In this document: positions 1 through 12,262 of the stretch, in pieces
Numbering within the stretch: position 1 is the first letter of the stretch
How the letters are laid out: each line of letters starts with the position of its first letter
Assembly: GCA_964016885.1 (NCBI GenBank)
Contig: CAXHJY010000525.1
Span: forward strand, 91,338 to 155,337
Reading direction: 5' to 3'
Length of the DNA: 64,000 nucleotides
Source of the DNA: Eledone cirrhosa
Taxonomy: Eukaryota
Translations under genes and position numbers: made by a program
The notes under the pieces: model-generated
The model's database searches: none
Seen by the model: the letters and a program-made list of their open reading frames with translations, nothing else
Told to the model about the DNA's origin: nothing

Positions 1-58
1 TGAGCAGAAATATGTGAGTGAATTCTGGCCGGATATGGGTGGTTTAAATGCTAAAGGG
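1..58. mobile_element. Right end of piggyBac-like MITE
   Basis: Ends AATGCTAAAGGG followed by TTAA, the same terminus as the complete copies at 949-1342 and 60647-60867. Confidence 0.6.
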
Positions 59-149
59 TTAAATATTCAATATTCATCCACTTTAATAAATTGCTCTTTT
101 TATTATTGTTTCTTATATTGAAATGCACTTAAATAACAGATATGTGCAA

Positions 150-218
150 CTACTGGTCCACAGAAAGATTGTCCGGCATGAAGCTGGTCTGTGGTATAAA
201 AAAGGTTAGAGACCACTG
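150..218. mobile_element. End of hAT/Charlie-like MITE
   Basis: Terminus AAAAAGGTTAGAGACCACTG followed by GTTTAGAG, an NTCTAGAN-like 8-bp target. The other end was not seen. Confidence 0.45.
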
Positions 219-794
219 GTTTAGAGTATAGTTTTTGTTTCAAAACTCCATTATGTAATGAATTTTTTACCAATTTCTGACCATTTTGAAAGCCCTACTT
301 ATTCAAAACATCAAAAACAATAGAAATTTCACCTCCAAAGTAAAACTGATGTAATATTCACTTCCAAAGTAAAGCTGGTGTCATATTCACCTCCAAAGTA
401 AAGCTGGTGTCATATTCACCTCCAAAGTAAAACTGGTGTAATATTCACCTCCAAAGTGAAACCGGTGTAATATTCACCTCCATCCAAAGTGAAACTGGTG
501 TAATATTCACCTCCATCCAAAGTGAAACTGGTGTAATATTCACCTCCATCCAAAGTAAAACCGGTGTAATATTCACCTCCAAAGTAAAACTGGTGTAATA
601 TTCACCTCCAAAGTGAAACTGGTGAAATATTCACTTCCAAAGTGAAACTGGTGTAATATTTACACTGAATAATACACTGGTTTCACTTTAGAGGTGAAAT
701 TTCTATTGTTTATTTTTATGGCCATAGAAACGGTCAGAAATTGGTAAAAAATCATTACATAATGGAATTGTGAAACAAAAACTACACTCTAAAC
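219..794. mobile_element. Fold-back element with diverged ~130-bp inverted arms around a 29/33-bp tandem array
   Basis: 219-360 is the approximate reverse complement of 666-794. Internal unit TTCACCTCCAAAGTAAAACTGGTGTAATA occurs ~11 times (328-660). Confidence 0.7.
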
Positions 795-931
795 CAGACA
801 TGTCAAACATATGACCCACACAAAGGTTTTTCCAGCACAAGCATGTTTTGTCTTCGTAAAATTAGTTGTAATGTGCGCAATTAGTTGTCATCGTATGTGA
901 CCCTCGGAGGACCCTCAGTTTGACATGCCTG
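795..931. mobile_element. hAT/Charlie-type MITE (137 bp)
   Basis: TIRs CAGACATGTCAAAC / GTTTGACATGCCTG and a perfect 8-bp TSD CTCTAAAC at 787-794 and 932-939. Confidence 0.85.
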
Positions 932-948
932 CTCTAAACAACACTTAA

Positions 949-1342
949 CCCTTTAGCATTCCTATTACTCTATTTATACTATTGTATTTTTGTGGTAAAG
1001 GCTTTATCTTACATAATTATCTCACATAATATCAAAGCTATAAGATTTTGATATTATTTATGCGGTAGCTTGGCAGTATCGGTAGAGGGTCGGACGCCAT
1101 GCTTTCCAGCATAGTTACGTCCCTTTACGATCTGAGTTCAAATCCCGCCGAGGTTGACTTTGCCTTTCATCCTTACGGGGTCGATAAAATAAAGTACCAG
1201 TAATGCACTGGGTAATTGCTGGCCTTGTGCCTAAAGTAGAAACAATACCTTAACATAAGTATGAGCAGCCAGTTATGGCCGGTTTGAACAGAAAGAGGTG
1301 AGATAATTCTGGCTGGATATGGTCAGTTTAAATGCTAAAGGG
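949..1342. mobile_element. piggyBac-like MITE interrupted by a SINE
   Basis: TTAA-CCCTTTAGCATT ... AATGCTAAAGGG-TTAA. Body matches 60647-60867; a SINE is inserted at ~1062-1245. Confidence 0.8.
1062..1245 (+). mobile_element. tRNA-derived SINE family 1 (Meta-domain-like body), representative copy
   Basis: A box TGGCAGTATCGG, B box GAGTTCAAATCC, body GCCTTTCATCCTTACGGGGTCGATAAAATAAAGTACCAG. Other copies at ~1428-1545(-), 25683-25890(-), 26080-26250(-), 27320-27665(-), 29420-29940(-), 40950-41117(-), 46698-46872(-), 48690-49030(+), 50775-51058(+), 53720-54060(+), 54780-55380(+), 61250-61462(-). The Meta-domain label is from recall. Confidence 0.85.
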
Positions 1343-1894
1343 TTAATTCATTTTTAATATCAAAATATTAAAACATTATAAATATATTCTCCACTCATGT
1401 GAATTTCAAAACTGCACCATCTAAACATAATTGTTTCTACGTTTGGCACAAGGCCAGCAATTATCCCAGTGTATTACTGGTACTTTATTTTATCGACCCC
1501 GTAAGGATGAAAGGCAAAGTTAACCTCGGCGGGATTTGAACTCAGTCTAAACATAATGTGTTGATTAGCTACCTCATGGTTTATAAATTTGGATTTTCAC
1601 CAATTTTTCACACATAAAATAGGGGTCAACTTATATCCCAGTATATACGGTGGTATATGAATTGGGGCAGCTTTTTATAATATAAGCAAATAAATGTGTT
1701 GTTTTTGTATTGCCATGGATGGGCAGATTATCATAGAAAGAGTGAGGGGAGAGAAAGAGAGGGAAAGAGAGGGGGAGAAAGAAAGAGAGAAGTGAATGGG
1801 AGAGAGTGAGAGGCAGAGAGAGAATGAGAGATAATTAATTGCAGAGGATGATGATGATGATACATTGTAGCTATTCTTAACCAGAGTGAAGTTA

Positions 1895-2040
1895 AGGGGC
1901 TTAGTGGTTATAGCATTGGGCTGACAATCTTGAGCTTGAGTGTTCAATTTCCAGGCCAGAGATGGGGACTGTTGCCACCTTGAGCAAAACACTTTATTTC
2001 ATGTTGCTCCAGTTCACTAAAGAAATGAGTTGTAATGTCT
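1895..2040 (+). mobile_element. tRNA-derived SINE family 2 (CCTTGAGCAAGACACTT core), diverged copy
   Basis: GGCTTAGTGGTTA head then CCTTGAGCAAAACACTTTATTTCATGTTGCTCCAG. Better copies at 7630-7770(-), 20668-20790(+), 41567-41800(+). Confidence 0.7.
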
Positions 2041-2139
2041 GTAGTCCCAAGCTGTATTGGGCTTTGTCTTTCCCTTAGATAACAGATTGAGAGAGAGACT
2101 AAGCATAAGAGGAATCAAATGCTTGCTGTGTGCAGGAGA

Positions 2140-2888
2140 GGAGATTACATTGATATGGACATGTGATGTGTATGAAGGATGGGATGCATAAAATGGTGCA
2201 GAGCACTTAAAGTCGAGGGAAGCCTTGGAGTGGGGAGACCCAAGAAGACCTGGGATGAGGTGATTCGGTGCTGGAATATCCCCCTGTTTCACTCCATTTT
2301 TTACTGAGATAGGCTCCGACATTAACCCAAGCCTTCATGTCGTCATGGAAAGACCTAACTAAAGCAAGGAACTTATCAGGGCAACCAAGATTCTAGAGAA
2401 TCTTCCATAATGCATTTCTGTTAACAGTATCGAAAGCTTTTGTCAGATCGACAAAAACCTGATACAGATCCAAACCTTGTTCCATGCACTTCTTCTGGGG
2501 CTGTCTAGTTGAGAAGATCATATCAGTAGTGACCTTTCCTAATTGCCCCTCTTGAAGGTGATGACACAGGACCGAGACCTCTGGCATTACGCAGTAATAC
2601 AGAAGACCTGACTTCCCCGGGTACAAGCCGAAGCTGAAACGTATAGACAGTATGCCCCTACCCCCTCCCACTGCAAAGTGGTCGTGGAGGTGTCACAAAA
2701 AAGCACCCAGCCCACATTGTAAAGTGGTTGTGTAGGTGCCATAGTAAAAAAGCACCCAGCACTCACTGTAAATGAGGTTGGTGTTAGGAAGGGCATCCAG
2801 CTGTAGAAATCAAGCCAGAATCAGTTCCCGTCCCACCTTTGCAAGCAGGGAAAAAGCGGACGTAAAATGAAATGATGATGATGATGAT
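2140..2888 (+). mobile_element. RTE LINE 3' end and 3' UTR, split by an antisense RT fragment
   Basis: Decayed C-terminal motifs (YGHV, VEG, GRPKKTWDEV), UTR TTGGTGTTAGGAAGGGCATCCAGCTGTAGAAA and an (ATG)n tail. Related 3' ends at 7430-7600(-), 19410-19985(+), 26381-26808(+). Confidence 0.7.
2266..2530 (-). pseudogene. RTE (BovB-like) reverse transcriptase fragment
   Basis: DMIFSTRQ...YQVFVDLTKAFDTVNRNALWKIL and SEPISVKNGVKQGDIPAP in different frames. Confidence 0.85.
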
Positions 2889-2908
2889 ATATATATATAT
2901 ATATATAT

Positions 2909-3366
2909 AATATTAAATAAATGGAAAACTATATTTATAAAACCATATTTATTTCACTATATATATTTCGGGGATATCATATTAACAATATGCTATGCCT
3001 TCATCAGACAAAATACAATATAAACAGTTTTATAGATAAATATATTCGACATACCGTAATAAACATCAACTTCATTTGAAGAGGTTTACTCTGCTAGAGT
3101 AAACCTCTTCAAATGAAGTTGATGTTTATTACGGTATGTCGAATATATTTATCTATAAAACTGTTTATATTGTATTTTGTCTGATGAAGGCATAGCATAT
3201 TGTTAATATGATATCCCCGAAATATATATAGTGAAATAAATATGGTTTTATAAATATAGTTTTCCATTTATTTAATATTGTAAATATACTCCAAATATTT
3301 GTCGAGTCCTTTTATATCAGTTATAAATATTTACTAGTTGTAACCCAACAATTTTAAATATAACTT

Positions 3367-3372
<6 letters not shown>
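2909..3372 (+). mobile_element. PLE-type 3'-end element (family C) with 184-bp palindromic arms and a ~90-bp tail
   Basis: 2909-3092 is the reverse complement of 3096-3279 with a 3-nt loop; flanked by (TA)n. Second copy at 51693-52068. Confidence 0.8.
3173..3238 (+). ncRNA. Minimal type I hammerhead ribozyme motif (family C)
   Basis: TATTTTGT-CTGATGA-stem II (CATATT/AATATG)-GAAA-TATATA-TA-GTGAAATA. Stem I has G-U pairs and stem III is palindromic. Mirror copy on the minus strand at 2950-3015. Confidence 0.65.
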
Positions 3373-3400
<28 letters not shown>

Positions 3401-3805
3401 CAAAATTAAATTAAGGGTGTCATGTCCGAGAGACAGATTGGCACCAGTGACATTGTAACTAATATATACATATATATATATACACAACAACACCACCAGC
3501 TCCCTCTTACATTCTCCTTCTCTGTCTCCTCTCCCTCTCTCTAAGTCTCTCTTTCAATCTACTCTCTCACAACCACTATCCCTTTCTCTCTCTCTGTTTA
3601 TGAATATATATATATATCTGTTTATATATATATACATGGGTACACACACGCATACATACATATATATATATATACATGAGTGAGTGTGCATGTGTATACA
3701 CCCATGAAATGACACTTGAATATTAACTGATATATTTTGTTTATTATTATTACAACATGCTTTGAAGCACAAAGTTTCGGCCCTTTATGTTCTGAGTTCA
3801 AATGT

Positions 3806-5562
3806 CACTGAGGACGTGACATATGGACGGTCGTAAACACAAAAGCCTTCCCTAGTGAGTAATGTACCTCCCAACATAGCTTAGTTGTCAGCGACCTCAC
3901 GGTCAGAACTAGACGAACCTGGAAACAGAGGCCAACCTGGAGAAGAAAAATCTGGAAGCTGAAAGACCCCTCAGCGAGTAACAGATTTAAAGATATTTTA
4001 CTCAACGCCTATGACAGTAAAGAAGAACAGATAGAGACATTCAATGTAGAAGAGCACTGGGAGTTCTTAAAAAATAACTTACTAAAGGCGACGGATGAGA
4101 TCTGTGGCTGGAGTAAGACCACAAGCAGGAGGAGAGCGACTTGGTGGTGGAACAATAAGGTAGATGAGGCAGTTAATGCCAAGAGACAGGCATGGAAAGA
4201 ATGGAAGAACGGGGAAGCAGGGTACATTACATAGAGACCAAGAGGGAAGCTAGGCGACAAGTATACTTAGCTAGGAGGGAAGCAGAGGATAGAAAATTCA
4301 AGCATGTTTTGCAACATCAGGACCAGAAACAGGAGGTATTCAAGATTGCGAGGCAGTGTGTCAGAGAGAATTGTGATGTCATTGGAGAGAAGTGTATCCG
4401 GAATGATAAAGGTGAGCTTGCCCTCACAAGTGCTGAGAAGAAAGATGCATGGAAGAGCCATTATGATAAATTACTAAATGAGGAGAATGCATGGGAAGAA
4501 GAGACCCTACCCCAAGTAGACCCTATGGAGGGGCCAGTAGTACAAGTCAGCAGCAGCGTAGTAAGTAAGGCAATCAAAGATATGAAGACGGGGAAGGCAA
4601 CCGGTCCATCGGGTATAGCTGCAGAGATGCTGAAGGCATCTGGGTCAGTAGGTCACACCATAACCACACGTATTGTTAACCAGGTAATACTAGGTGTCAT
4701 ACCAAAGGATTGGTGCAGTAGCATCATTGTCAACTGCTACAAAGGTAAAGGTGATGCACTAGATAGAGGAAACTATAGAGGTATAAAGCTGATGGACCAG
4801 GTCATGAAAGTAACAGAAAGAGTTATAGCACAGTTGATTAGGGACCGGGTGAAACTAGATGAGATGCAATTTGAGTTTGTGCCAGGAAGAGGCACCACTG
4901 ATGCCCTCTTCCTTGTGAGGCAGTTACAGGAAAAGTACCTAGCTAAAAGTAAGCTGCTCTACCTGGCATTCGTCGATCTTGAGAAAGCCTTTGACAGAGT
5001 TCCCCGTGCTATAATCTGGTGGGCTCCTGTATGCAGATGACCTCGCACTTATAGCTGAATCTATGGTAGAACTAGAGAAGAAATTCCAAACTTGGAAGCA
5101 GGGACTAGAAAAAAGGGTCTCAAAGTCAACCTGACAAAGACTAAGGTCCTTGTAAGTAGACAAGAAAACAGAACCCAGATCCCCTCAGGGAAGTGACCTT
5201 GCTCAGTATGTAGGAAAGGTGTATGTAGGAACTCCATTCTCTGCCCCAAATACAAACAATGGGTACACAAGAGATGTAGCGGGATCTCAGGAAGCTTAAC
5301 TAAGAATGTAGGCTTCACATGTAGCAGCTGTGCTGGGACAGTAAGCAGCAAACAGCCACAGGAAGCAAGTACCACCAAACTCTGGGAGGGCTCTGTAAAA
5401 ACAGTAGACAGCTTCTGCTATCTAGGTGAGCGAATTAGCAGTGGAGGTGGGTGTTCGGAAAGTACAATAACTAGGGTAAGAACGGGATGGAAGAAGTTTA
5501 GGGAGCTACAACGATTGCTAGCTGCAAAAGGCTTTTCCCTCAAAATGAAAGGCTAACTGTAT
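3806..5562 (+). pseudogene. Decayed RTE-clade LINE ORF (APE C-terminus, RT, Cys/His insertion)
   Basis: ORF 4192-5040 has NYRGIKL, QFEFVPGRGTTDA and AFVDLEKAFDRV. After an internal deletion at ~5023 it reads LLYADDL...CSVCRKGV..NSILC...WVHKRCSGI...VDSFCYLG. Stops and frameshifts present. Confidence 0.9.
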
Positions 5563-5577
5563 AAAATAACAGATTAA

Positions 5578-5628
5578 AGTTTAAGCAAAGAATCGCTGCT
5601 TTCACCCTTAACGGGATCTTCTGAAACT
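5578..5628 (-). ncRNA. Hammerhead-like motif with variant core CAGAAGA (family F)
   Basis: AGTTT-CAGAAGA-TCCCGTTAAGGGT-GAAA-GCA(9 nt)TGC-TT-AAACT. Confidence 0.55.
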
Positions 5629-5806
5629 AACAAAGTCAATCTGTAAACGCAGAACTGGATATTTCAAAAAACGTTGCAACCGGAGGAAGACAGGAAGACG
5701 ATACTTTGGTCCGTGGAAACGTTCGCTTTGCGAATAAGTAAAGGTATAAACAAAACATATACTTAGCTCCCACATCAAGACGTAAAATATCCACATATAG
5801 ATCGTA

Positions 5807-6059
5807 CTATCCGTTAGGGTATAACGTGGGGCTGTAATACAGGAAAGTTTTGTGCAATTTATGTTTACAAGCCGAAATTGCCTCAGATTTTTTGTTTAAG
5901 ATGTGATCTGTGGCGTAGAGTATTTTCCAGGGCCTCAGCGGCGCAGAGGTCACATGGTCTTTTATTTCCGTTATACGATCTAGCCCTAGCTAGGATCTCC
6001 CAGTGTAACTTATATTGGGTGTTGTTGTCTTTTAGACTCCAGATATAAGCTGAAAGTGC
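5807..6059 (-). pseudogene. PLE GIY-YIG endonuclease C-terminal fragment
   Basis: Manual translation: ALSAYIWSLKDNNTQYKLHWEILARARSYNGNKRPCDLCAAEALE / (1-nt frameshift) ILYATDHILNKKSEAISACKHKLHKTF...*. Fits the PLE pattern LSxYIWxLK..W.IL..CxLC..E..I..LN..SE...CxH. Confidence 0.8.
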
Positions 6060-6138
6060 TCTAGGGTTCTTATATATTTGATATATATTTATCCTTATCG
6101 AGCCCTCTTTGGATTTTAGTCTTCAAATTTATTATTAT

Positions 6139-6175
<37 letters not shown>

Positions 6176-6279
6176 TTGAGCCACTAGTACTGGTGCCACA
6201 GAAGTGTACACAGTAAACCTTGTATGGAGGTTGGCAATAGGAGGTTTAGGAAGGAAATCAATCTATCAGTAGAATCTAA

Positions 6280-7095
6280 TCGAATCTAATCTGGACGAAT
6301 TTACACTCGCAAATAAGAAGAACCAGGGCCGTCCCTAAGAGCATTGGATTTGGTGTACTTCATATTTGTTTCGATTGCTGAATACAATTAGGGGCCACTG
6401 CTTCTCCTGGAGGTCAATAATTCTCTTGTAACTCGAGTGGTAGCGCCTTTCCATTGTCAATTTGTATTGATCATCTGCAAAGCCACATTGTTCTCAGAAC
6501 CACTACACCAGTCTTACGATGCAGCTGCAACTACTGCCACCCATTGATTTGGCAGGATCGCAACTCATTTCTATATAATAATAATGAAATATTGTGTACA
6601 GTGCTCAGGTGCACTACAACTCATCAAAAAGTGTATGTATAGTACATAGGGTAATGTACAAACGTCAGGAAAATGAACAGTGCATGAGTCATGATATACA
6701 CATGTGTGCATGTGTATGGAAGGGGTACATCAGGTGTAGTTTTGGCGTATTTCGGGAAGCATGAGGGTTTTAAAGGATGCAGTGTCTCGGCAGCTAACAA
6801 TTGACGCAGGCAGTTTGTTCCATGCTTCAGCAACTCTGAGCGTGAAAAAATGTTTACGAAAGTCATGGGAGCTGTGCCGTTTTCTGATTTTGTAGGCATG
6901 TCCACGTGTGTTAGACACATGGAGATCAAAAGGGTACTCAGGGTTGTTGTTGGCGAGATGGTTAATAACAGCTGAGTAAACTGAAGCAACGTGAAATAAA
7001 GTGTCTTGCTCAAGGGCACAACACATCGCCCGGTCCGAGAATCGAACTCATAACCATTCGATTGCAAGCCCAGTGCTCTAACCACTAAGCCATGC
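6280..7095 (-). mobile_element. SINE family 2 copy with long 3' body, split by a CR1 insertion
   Basis: Head 7095-6971 stops at TTACTCAGCTG and resumes at TAGAAATGAG (~6573); these are contiguous in the copy at 41680-41701. Confidence 0.65.
6574..6970 (-). mobile_element. CR1-clade LINE 3' end
   Basis: NTRGHAYKIRK...RKHFFTLRVAEAWNKLPASIV...SFK, then a 3' UTR and (ATT)n tail. Confidence 0.9.
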
Positions 7096-7847
7096 CCTCA
7101 CAACTTTTTCCATCAGTAGAAACCATGCTAAAAAGAGTCAAGAGAACTCTTCCGTTCTGCCAATGGTGTGTGACAACCTTTTTAGTATTTAAATGATAAA
7201 TGTACTCCAGTACATCTTGTAAAGTTGGTGGTGACAGGCGGGGCCTCCAGCCATAGAAAACTTAACAAACCATGTGCCATAAGAATGACTTCAGCTGTGT
7301 GAAAGACATGACAACCTCTCTAGTACGGGTGGTATAATAAAAGGTACTCTGAAGGGCCGCTAACCTTGATTGAGTATTAAGACCTGGTCAACCCTTGCTA
7401 GCAAGTACAACAGACGTTAAATGATATATATATCATCATCACCATCATCATCATTTTACGTCCGCTTTTTCCTGCTTGCAAGGGTGGGACGGGAACTGAT
7501 TCTGGCTTGATTTCTACAGCTGGATGCCCTTCCTAACACCAACCTCATTTACAGTGAGTGCTGGGTGCTTTTTCGTGGCGCCTTCACGACCACTTTGCAG
7601 TGGAATGATAGGGACTCCAGTCCCTATCATCTCATTTCTACAGCTGAGTAAACTGAAGCAATGTGAAATAAAGTGTCTTGCTCAAGGAAACAACACATCA
7701 CCCCGGTCTGAGAATTGAACTCACAACCTTTCGATTGCAAGGCCAATGCTCTAACCACTAAGCCATGTGCCTCCATTGCTCTAACCACTAAGCCATATGG
7801 ATATATATATATGTGTGTGTGTGTGTGTGTCCGTATATATATATATA

Positions 7848-7914
7848 CAGGGTGTCCCAGAAATACATTTATTAGAATGCTGTTGAAGTGTGTATACATT
7901 TTTTTGACAACCTG
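7848..7914. mobile_element. Tiny Tc1/mariner-type MITE
   Basis: TA-CAGGGTGTC ... GACAACCTG-TA. An opposite-orientation truncated copy lies at 14112-14181. Confidence 0.65.
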
Positions 7915-7982
7915 TATATATATATATAATATATATATAATATCTGCATTGCTTTATTGTACTACAATAAAACTCACCTCCT

Positions 7983-8060
<78 letters not shown>

Positions 8061-8116
8061 TTCTTCATTGTACTGTGTTGTTTGCTTTATTTGTTTACTT
8101 TTCACACACACACACA

Positions 8117-8153
<37 letters not shown>

Positions 8154-8270
8154 ACACACACACAAATATATATATATAGAGAGAGATAGGAAGTATAAAT
8201 ATAGATAAGGAAACAGGTCAATGAGCGAGGGGGAGGTATAGCTAGATATATATATATTTATAGAAAAAAA

Positions 8271-8308
<38 letters not shown>

Positions 8309-8419
8309 TCCACATTTTTTTCTATAAATATATATATATATATATAAGAAAGAGGGGGTAGATAGGCAGATAGAGGGGAAAAGGGATGATCAAACAGGTA
8401 TATAGAAAGGTTGATGTAT

Positions 8420-8550
8420 GTTGATGCCCTAAGGACAGACACTGGTCTGTTGGAGACGCAGGACATGGCTGCGATAATGAGGGACAGAGACCGCTGGAGA
8501 GAACTCGTCCGTGGATCTCGGGAATTTTACCCGCCTTAGAATAGAATAGA
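8420..8550 (+). mobile_element. RTE-X-like LINE 3' end
   Basis: [38 protein letters not shown] and a (TAGAA)n tail; longer copy at 42215-42418. Confidence 0.7.
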
Positions 8551-8848
8551 AAGGAAGGAAGATTGAGGAAAACAGAGATTGATAGATACATTTAGATATA
8601 TAGGCAGGAGATATATAAATAGATAGAGAGAAGGATAGAAATATAGATAGATAGGAGAGAGTGGAAGGTATGTAGTAGATATATTAGGTGGACAAAGAAA
8701 GAGATAGAATGATAGAGAAGGAGAAATATAGAAAGCAAGATGGTGAAAGAATGTGGCAGGGATAGGATATAGGTAACTATCTATCTAGCTCGACAATGGA
8801 GGGGCAGCGGTAGATGTTATCTATGTTTCTTTTTGTCTATCTACCCCT

Positions 8849-8889
<41 letters not shown>

Positions 8890-8890
<1 letters not shown>

Positions 8891-9450
8891 GTCGCGGGTG
8901 GGACCAATCCGGTTGACCACCGAGTCCATTGTCATGATCAAACCGCCACCCTCCTTCAAAAACGAAGGAGAGGCGGTTTTCCTTTGTGTGATAGCTATGG
9001 CGAAAGAGGTTGTATGGTGGACAAGGTTGAAAGGGCTGAGGTCAGACACCTTTCTCTCCGGCCAACAACTGATTCTTTTTTTCAAATACCACTTTGGAAG
9101 AAGAGTCAGGATGGAGAGAGAGGTGCTGTACCCCAGCAAGTTTTATGAAAGGTGGGTGGAAGTGGCGAGAATGGCCCGAGTGAATGGGCCTTCTCTCGAT
9201 ATCAGCCTGTAGGTTGAAGAAAAGGAGGAGGAGAGGAAGGGAGTACAAACTCTTCGTACTCCTGGAGATGAGGGTTGCACATTTTTTCGGGGGTATGTGT
9301 TACCCACATGAACTGTCTCCCCCTATTGGGGAAAATCGACTAATTTTTTAAATTGCATTTGTGATAACATTTTACACGTTTTTATTGTATGTAAACTTCC
9401 CCCTTTGTATTTGTCCCCTTCTTTTGTGCCCCTGTGGCTAATAAAGAAAC
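8890..9450 (+). mobile_element. L1/Tx1-clade LINE 3' end in (TATC)n
   Basis: FLCVIAMAKEVVWWTR...KFYERWVEV*, then a UTR ending CCCTGTGGCTAATAAAGAAA. UTR duplicated at 9810-10040; further tails at ~9700-9793 and 10115-10200(-). Confidence 0.65.
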
Positions 9451-9479
9451 ATATCTATCTATCTATCTGTCTGTCTACA

Positions 9480-9513
<34 letters not shown>

Positions 9514-10717
9514 CATATCTATCTATGAATGAAATAATTGCCTACATAATATATGTCTACATATATACAATAATTGTCTACATATCTATAATAATTGTCT
9601 ACATATCTATAATAATTGTCTACATATATACAATAATTGTCTACATATCTATAAATGAAATAATTGCCTTATGTTGTTTATTACTTATCTATCTATATTG
9701 TTACCCATTATCTTTGTTAAAGATTTTATGTAAAACCACCGCAGTCACGTCTTGTAATATCCCATTTTTGTACGTCCCCGTGGCAAATAAAGATATCTAT
9801 CTATCTATTGGAAAGGGGTACTCACTCTTCGTACTCCTGGAGATGAGGGTTGCACATTTTTTCTGGGGTATTTGTGTGTTAACCATATGAAATGCCCCCC
9901 CCCCCCTATTGGGGGAAAATCGATTAATTTTTAAATTGCATTTGTGATATTATATTTTACACGTTTTTATTTGTATGTAAACTTCCCCCCTTTGTATTTG
10001 TCCCCTTCTTTTGTGCCCCTGTGGCTAATAAAGAAACATATCTATCTATCAGGTACATAGATAGATAGATACATAGCTAGCGAGCTAGATAGATAGATAG
10101 ATAGGTAGATAGATTTCTTTATTAGCCACAAGGGCGCAACAAGAAAGGGGACAATACAAAGACATGCCGGGGATTTTACATACAGTCGTGTAAAAAATAT
10201 AAAAAGATAGATAGATAGATAGATAGGCAAGGTAAGAGGGGAGATGTAGATAAACAGATAGAAACAAAGAGAGGGTGTACAGAGATAAAGATTAAGAGAG
10301 AGGAGGAGAAGAGAAAAGGTTTATTTGAAAATCAGGAATCAGATTACTCAAGCAAAAACAGGAAAAAAAAAAAGGCGAAACGAAACGAAAAATGATAGCA
10401 TTAAGAGAGGAAAGGGGTTGAAACAAGGAACATTTTTTTTGTTCTTTCTTTCAAATTTAGGAGGGATCTAAGCTACAGATTAAGGGATAGGCTGCATTAA
10501 GTAATTCTAATATATGATGTCGAATATAATGAAATACTTTTAAAATGAAAGAATAAACTAGATTTAAGATGGAGGGTGAAAATGGTGTCCCCTTAAAGGG
10601 AGATAAAAATGGAGGATAAGTGTTTGTGTGTATATGTTTATGAATATGTATGAGCGTATGTGTATATATATACATGTATATATATGTTTGTAGCATCAGT
10701 CGTTACTAATAATAGCT

Positions 10718-10752
<35 letters not shown>

Positions 10753-10846
10753 CGTATTGATAATGATAGTAGCTAGCAGAAGCAGCCGATAAGGGAGCTG
10801 GATACATGTGTATATGTATACATACATACATACATACATACATACA

Positions 10847-10878
<32 letters not shown>

Positions 10879-11049
10879 CATGTGTATGTGTATTTACATA
10901 TACACATATATGTGAATACATATTATATATATATATATATGTATATGTGTATGTAAATACATATACATGTTTATATATATATATCTAAACATACTTATAC
11001 ACATATATGTGAATATATAGGTATACAAACATATATGTATATATGTATA

Positions 11050-12262
11050 TATATATAGTACACAAGTATACATATACAAACATACAAGTATGTATACATA
11101 TAGTACACAAGTATACATATACAAACATACTTGTATGTATACATATAGTATGTGTATACATATAGTATATATGTATACATATAGTACACAAGTATACATA
11201 CATAAACTTGCTTGTATGTATACATATAGTACATATGTATACATATAGTATATATGTATACATATAGTATATATGTATACATATAGTACACAAGTATACA
11301 TACATAAACTTACTTGTATGTATACATATAGTACATATGTATACATATAGTATATATGTATACATATAGTACACAAGTATACATACATAAACTTGCTTGT
11401 ATGTATACATATAGTACATATGTATACATATAGTATATATGTACACATATAGTACACAAGTATACATATACAAACAGACTGGTATGTATACATATAGTAT
11501 ATATGTATACATATAGTACACAAGTATACATATATAAACATACTTGTATGTATACATATAGTATATATGTACACATATAGTACACAAGTATACATATATA
11601 AACATACTTGTATGTATACATATAGTATATATGTATACATATAGTACACAAGTATACATAAACTTACTTGTATGTATACATATAGTACATATGTATACAT
11701 ATAGTATATATGTATACATATAGTACACAAGTATACATACATAAACTTACTTGTATGTATACATATAGTACATATAGTATATATGTATACATATAGTACA
11801 CAAGTATACATACATAAACTTACTTGTATGTATACATATAGTACATATGTATACATATAGTACACAAGTATACATATACAAACAGACTGGTATGTATACA
11901 TATAGTATATATGTATACATATAGTACACAAGTATACATATATAAACATACTTGTATGTATACATATAGTATATATGTATACATATAGTACACAAGTATA
12001 CATATACAAACATACTTGTATGTATACATATAGTATATATGTATACATATAGTATATATGTATACATATAGTATATATGTATACATATAGTATATATGTA
12101 TACATATATACTATATGTATACATATAGTACACAAGTATACATACATAAACTTACTTGTATGTATACATATAGTACATATGTATACATATAGTATATATA
12201 TATACATATAGTACACAAGTATACATACATAAACTTACTTGTATGTATACATATAGTATATA
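11050..12262. repeat. Modular AT-rich minisatellite
   Basis: Shuffled modules ATGTATACATATAGTA(T/C)A and CAAGTATACATA..AAAC.TACTTGT. Confidence 0.85.

Larger units (their letters stand above)
5562..6141 (-). mobile_element. Penelope-like element 3' fragment (family F): antisense body plus inverted ~85-bp tail
   Basis: Carries the GIY-YIG C-terminal fragment, 3' UTR and an HHR-like motif on the minus strand; the tail (6057-6141) is in the opposite orientation. Same family at 28523-28685 and 46120-46385. Confidence 0.8.

Noticed and set aside
328-660. 29-bp repeats of CRISPR-like length
   Set aside because: Head-to-tail without spacers, inside a fold-back element.
1615-1651. Possible pogo/Tigger-like terminus
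   Set aside because: Only one short decayed end; no partner TIR found.
3808-3840. CTGAGGA at 3808, and similar heptamers at 45334, 45552(-) and 61034
   Set aside because: No properly placed GAAA, stem III or stem I; treated as chance matches.
4192-5040. 282-aa ORF as a functional gene
   Set aside because: Internal fragment of a decayed RTE ORF with stops, frameshifts and an RT deletion.
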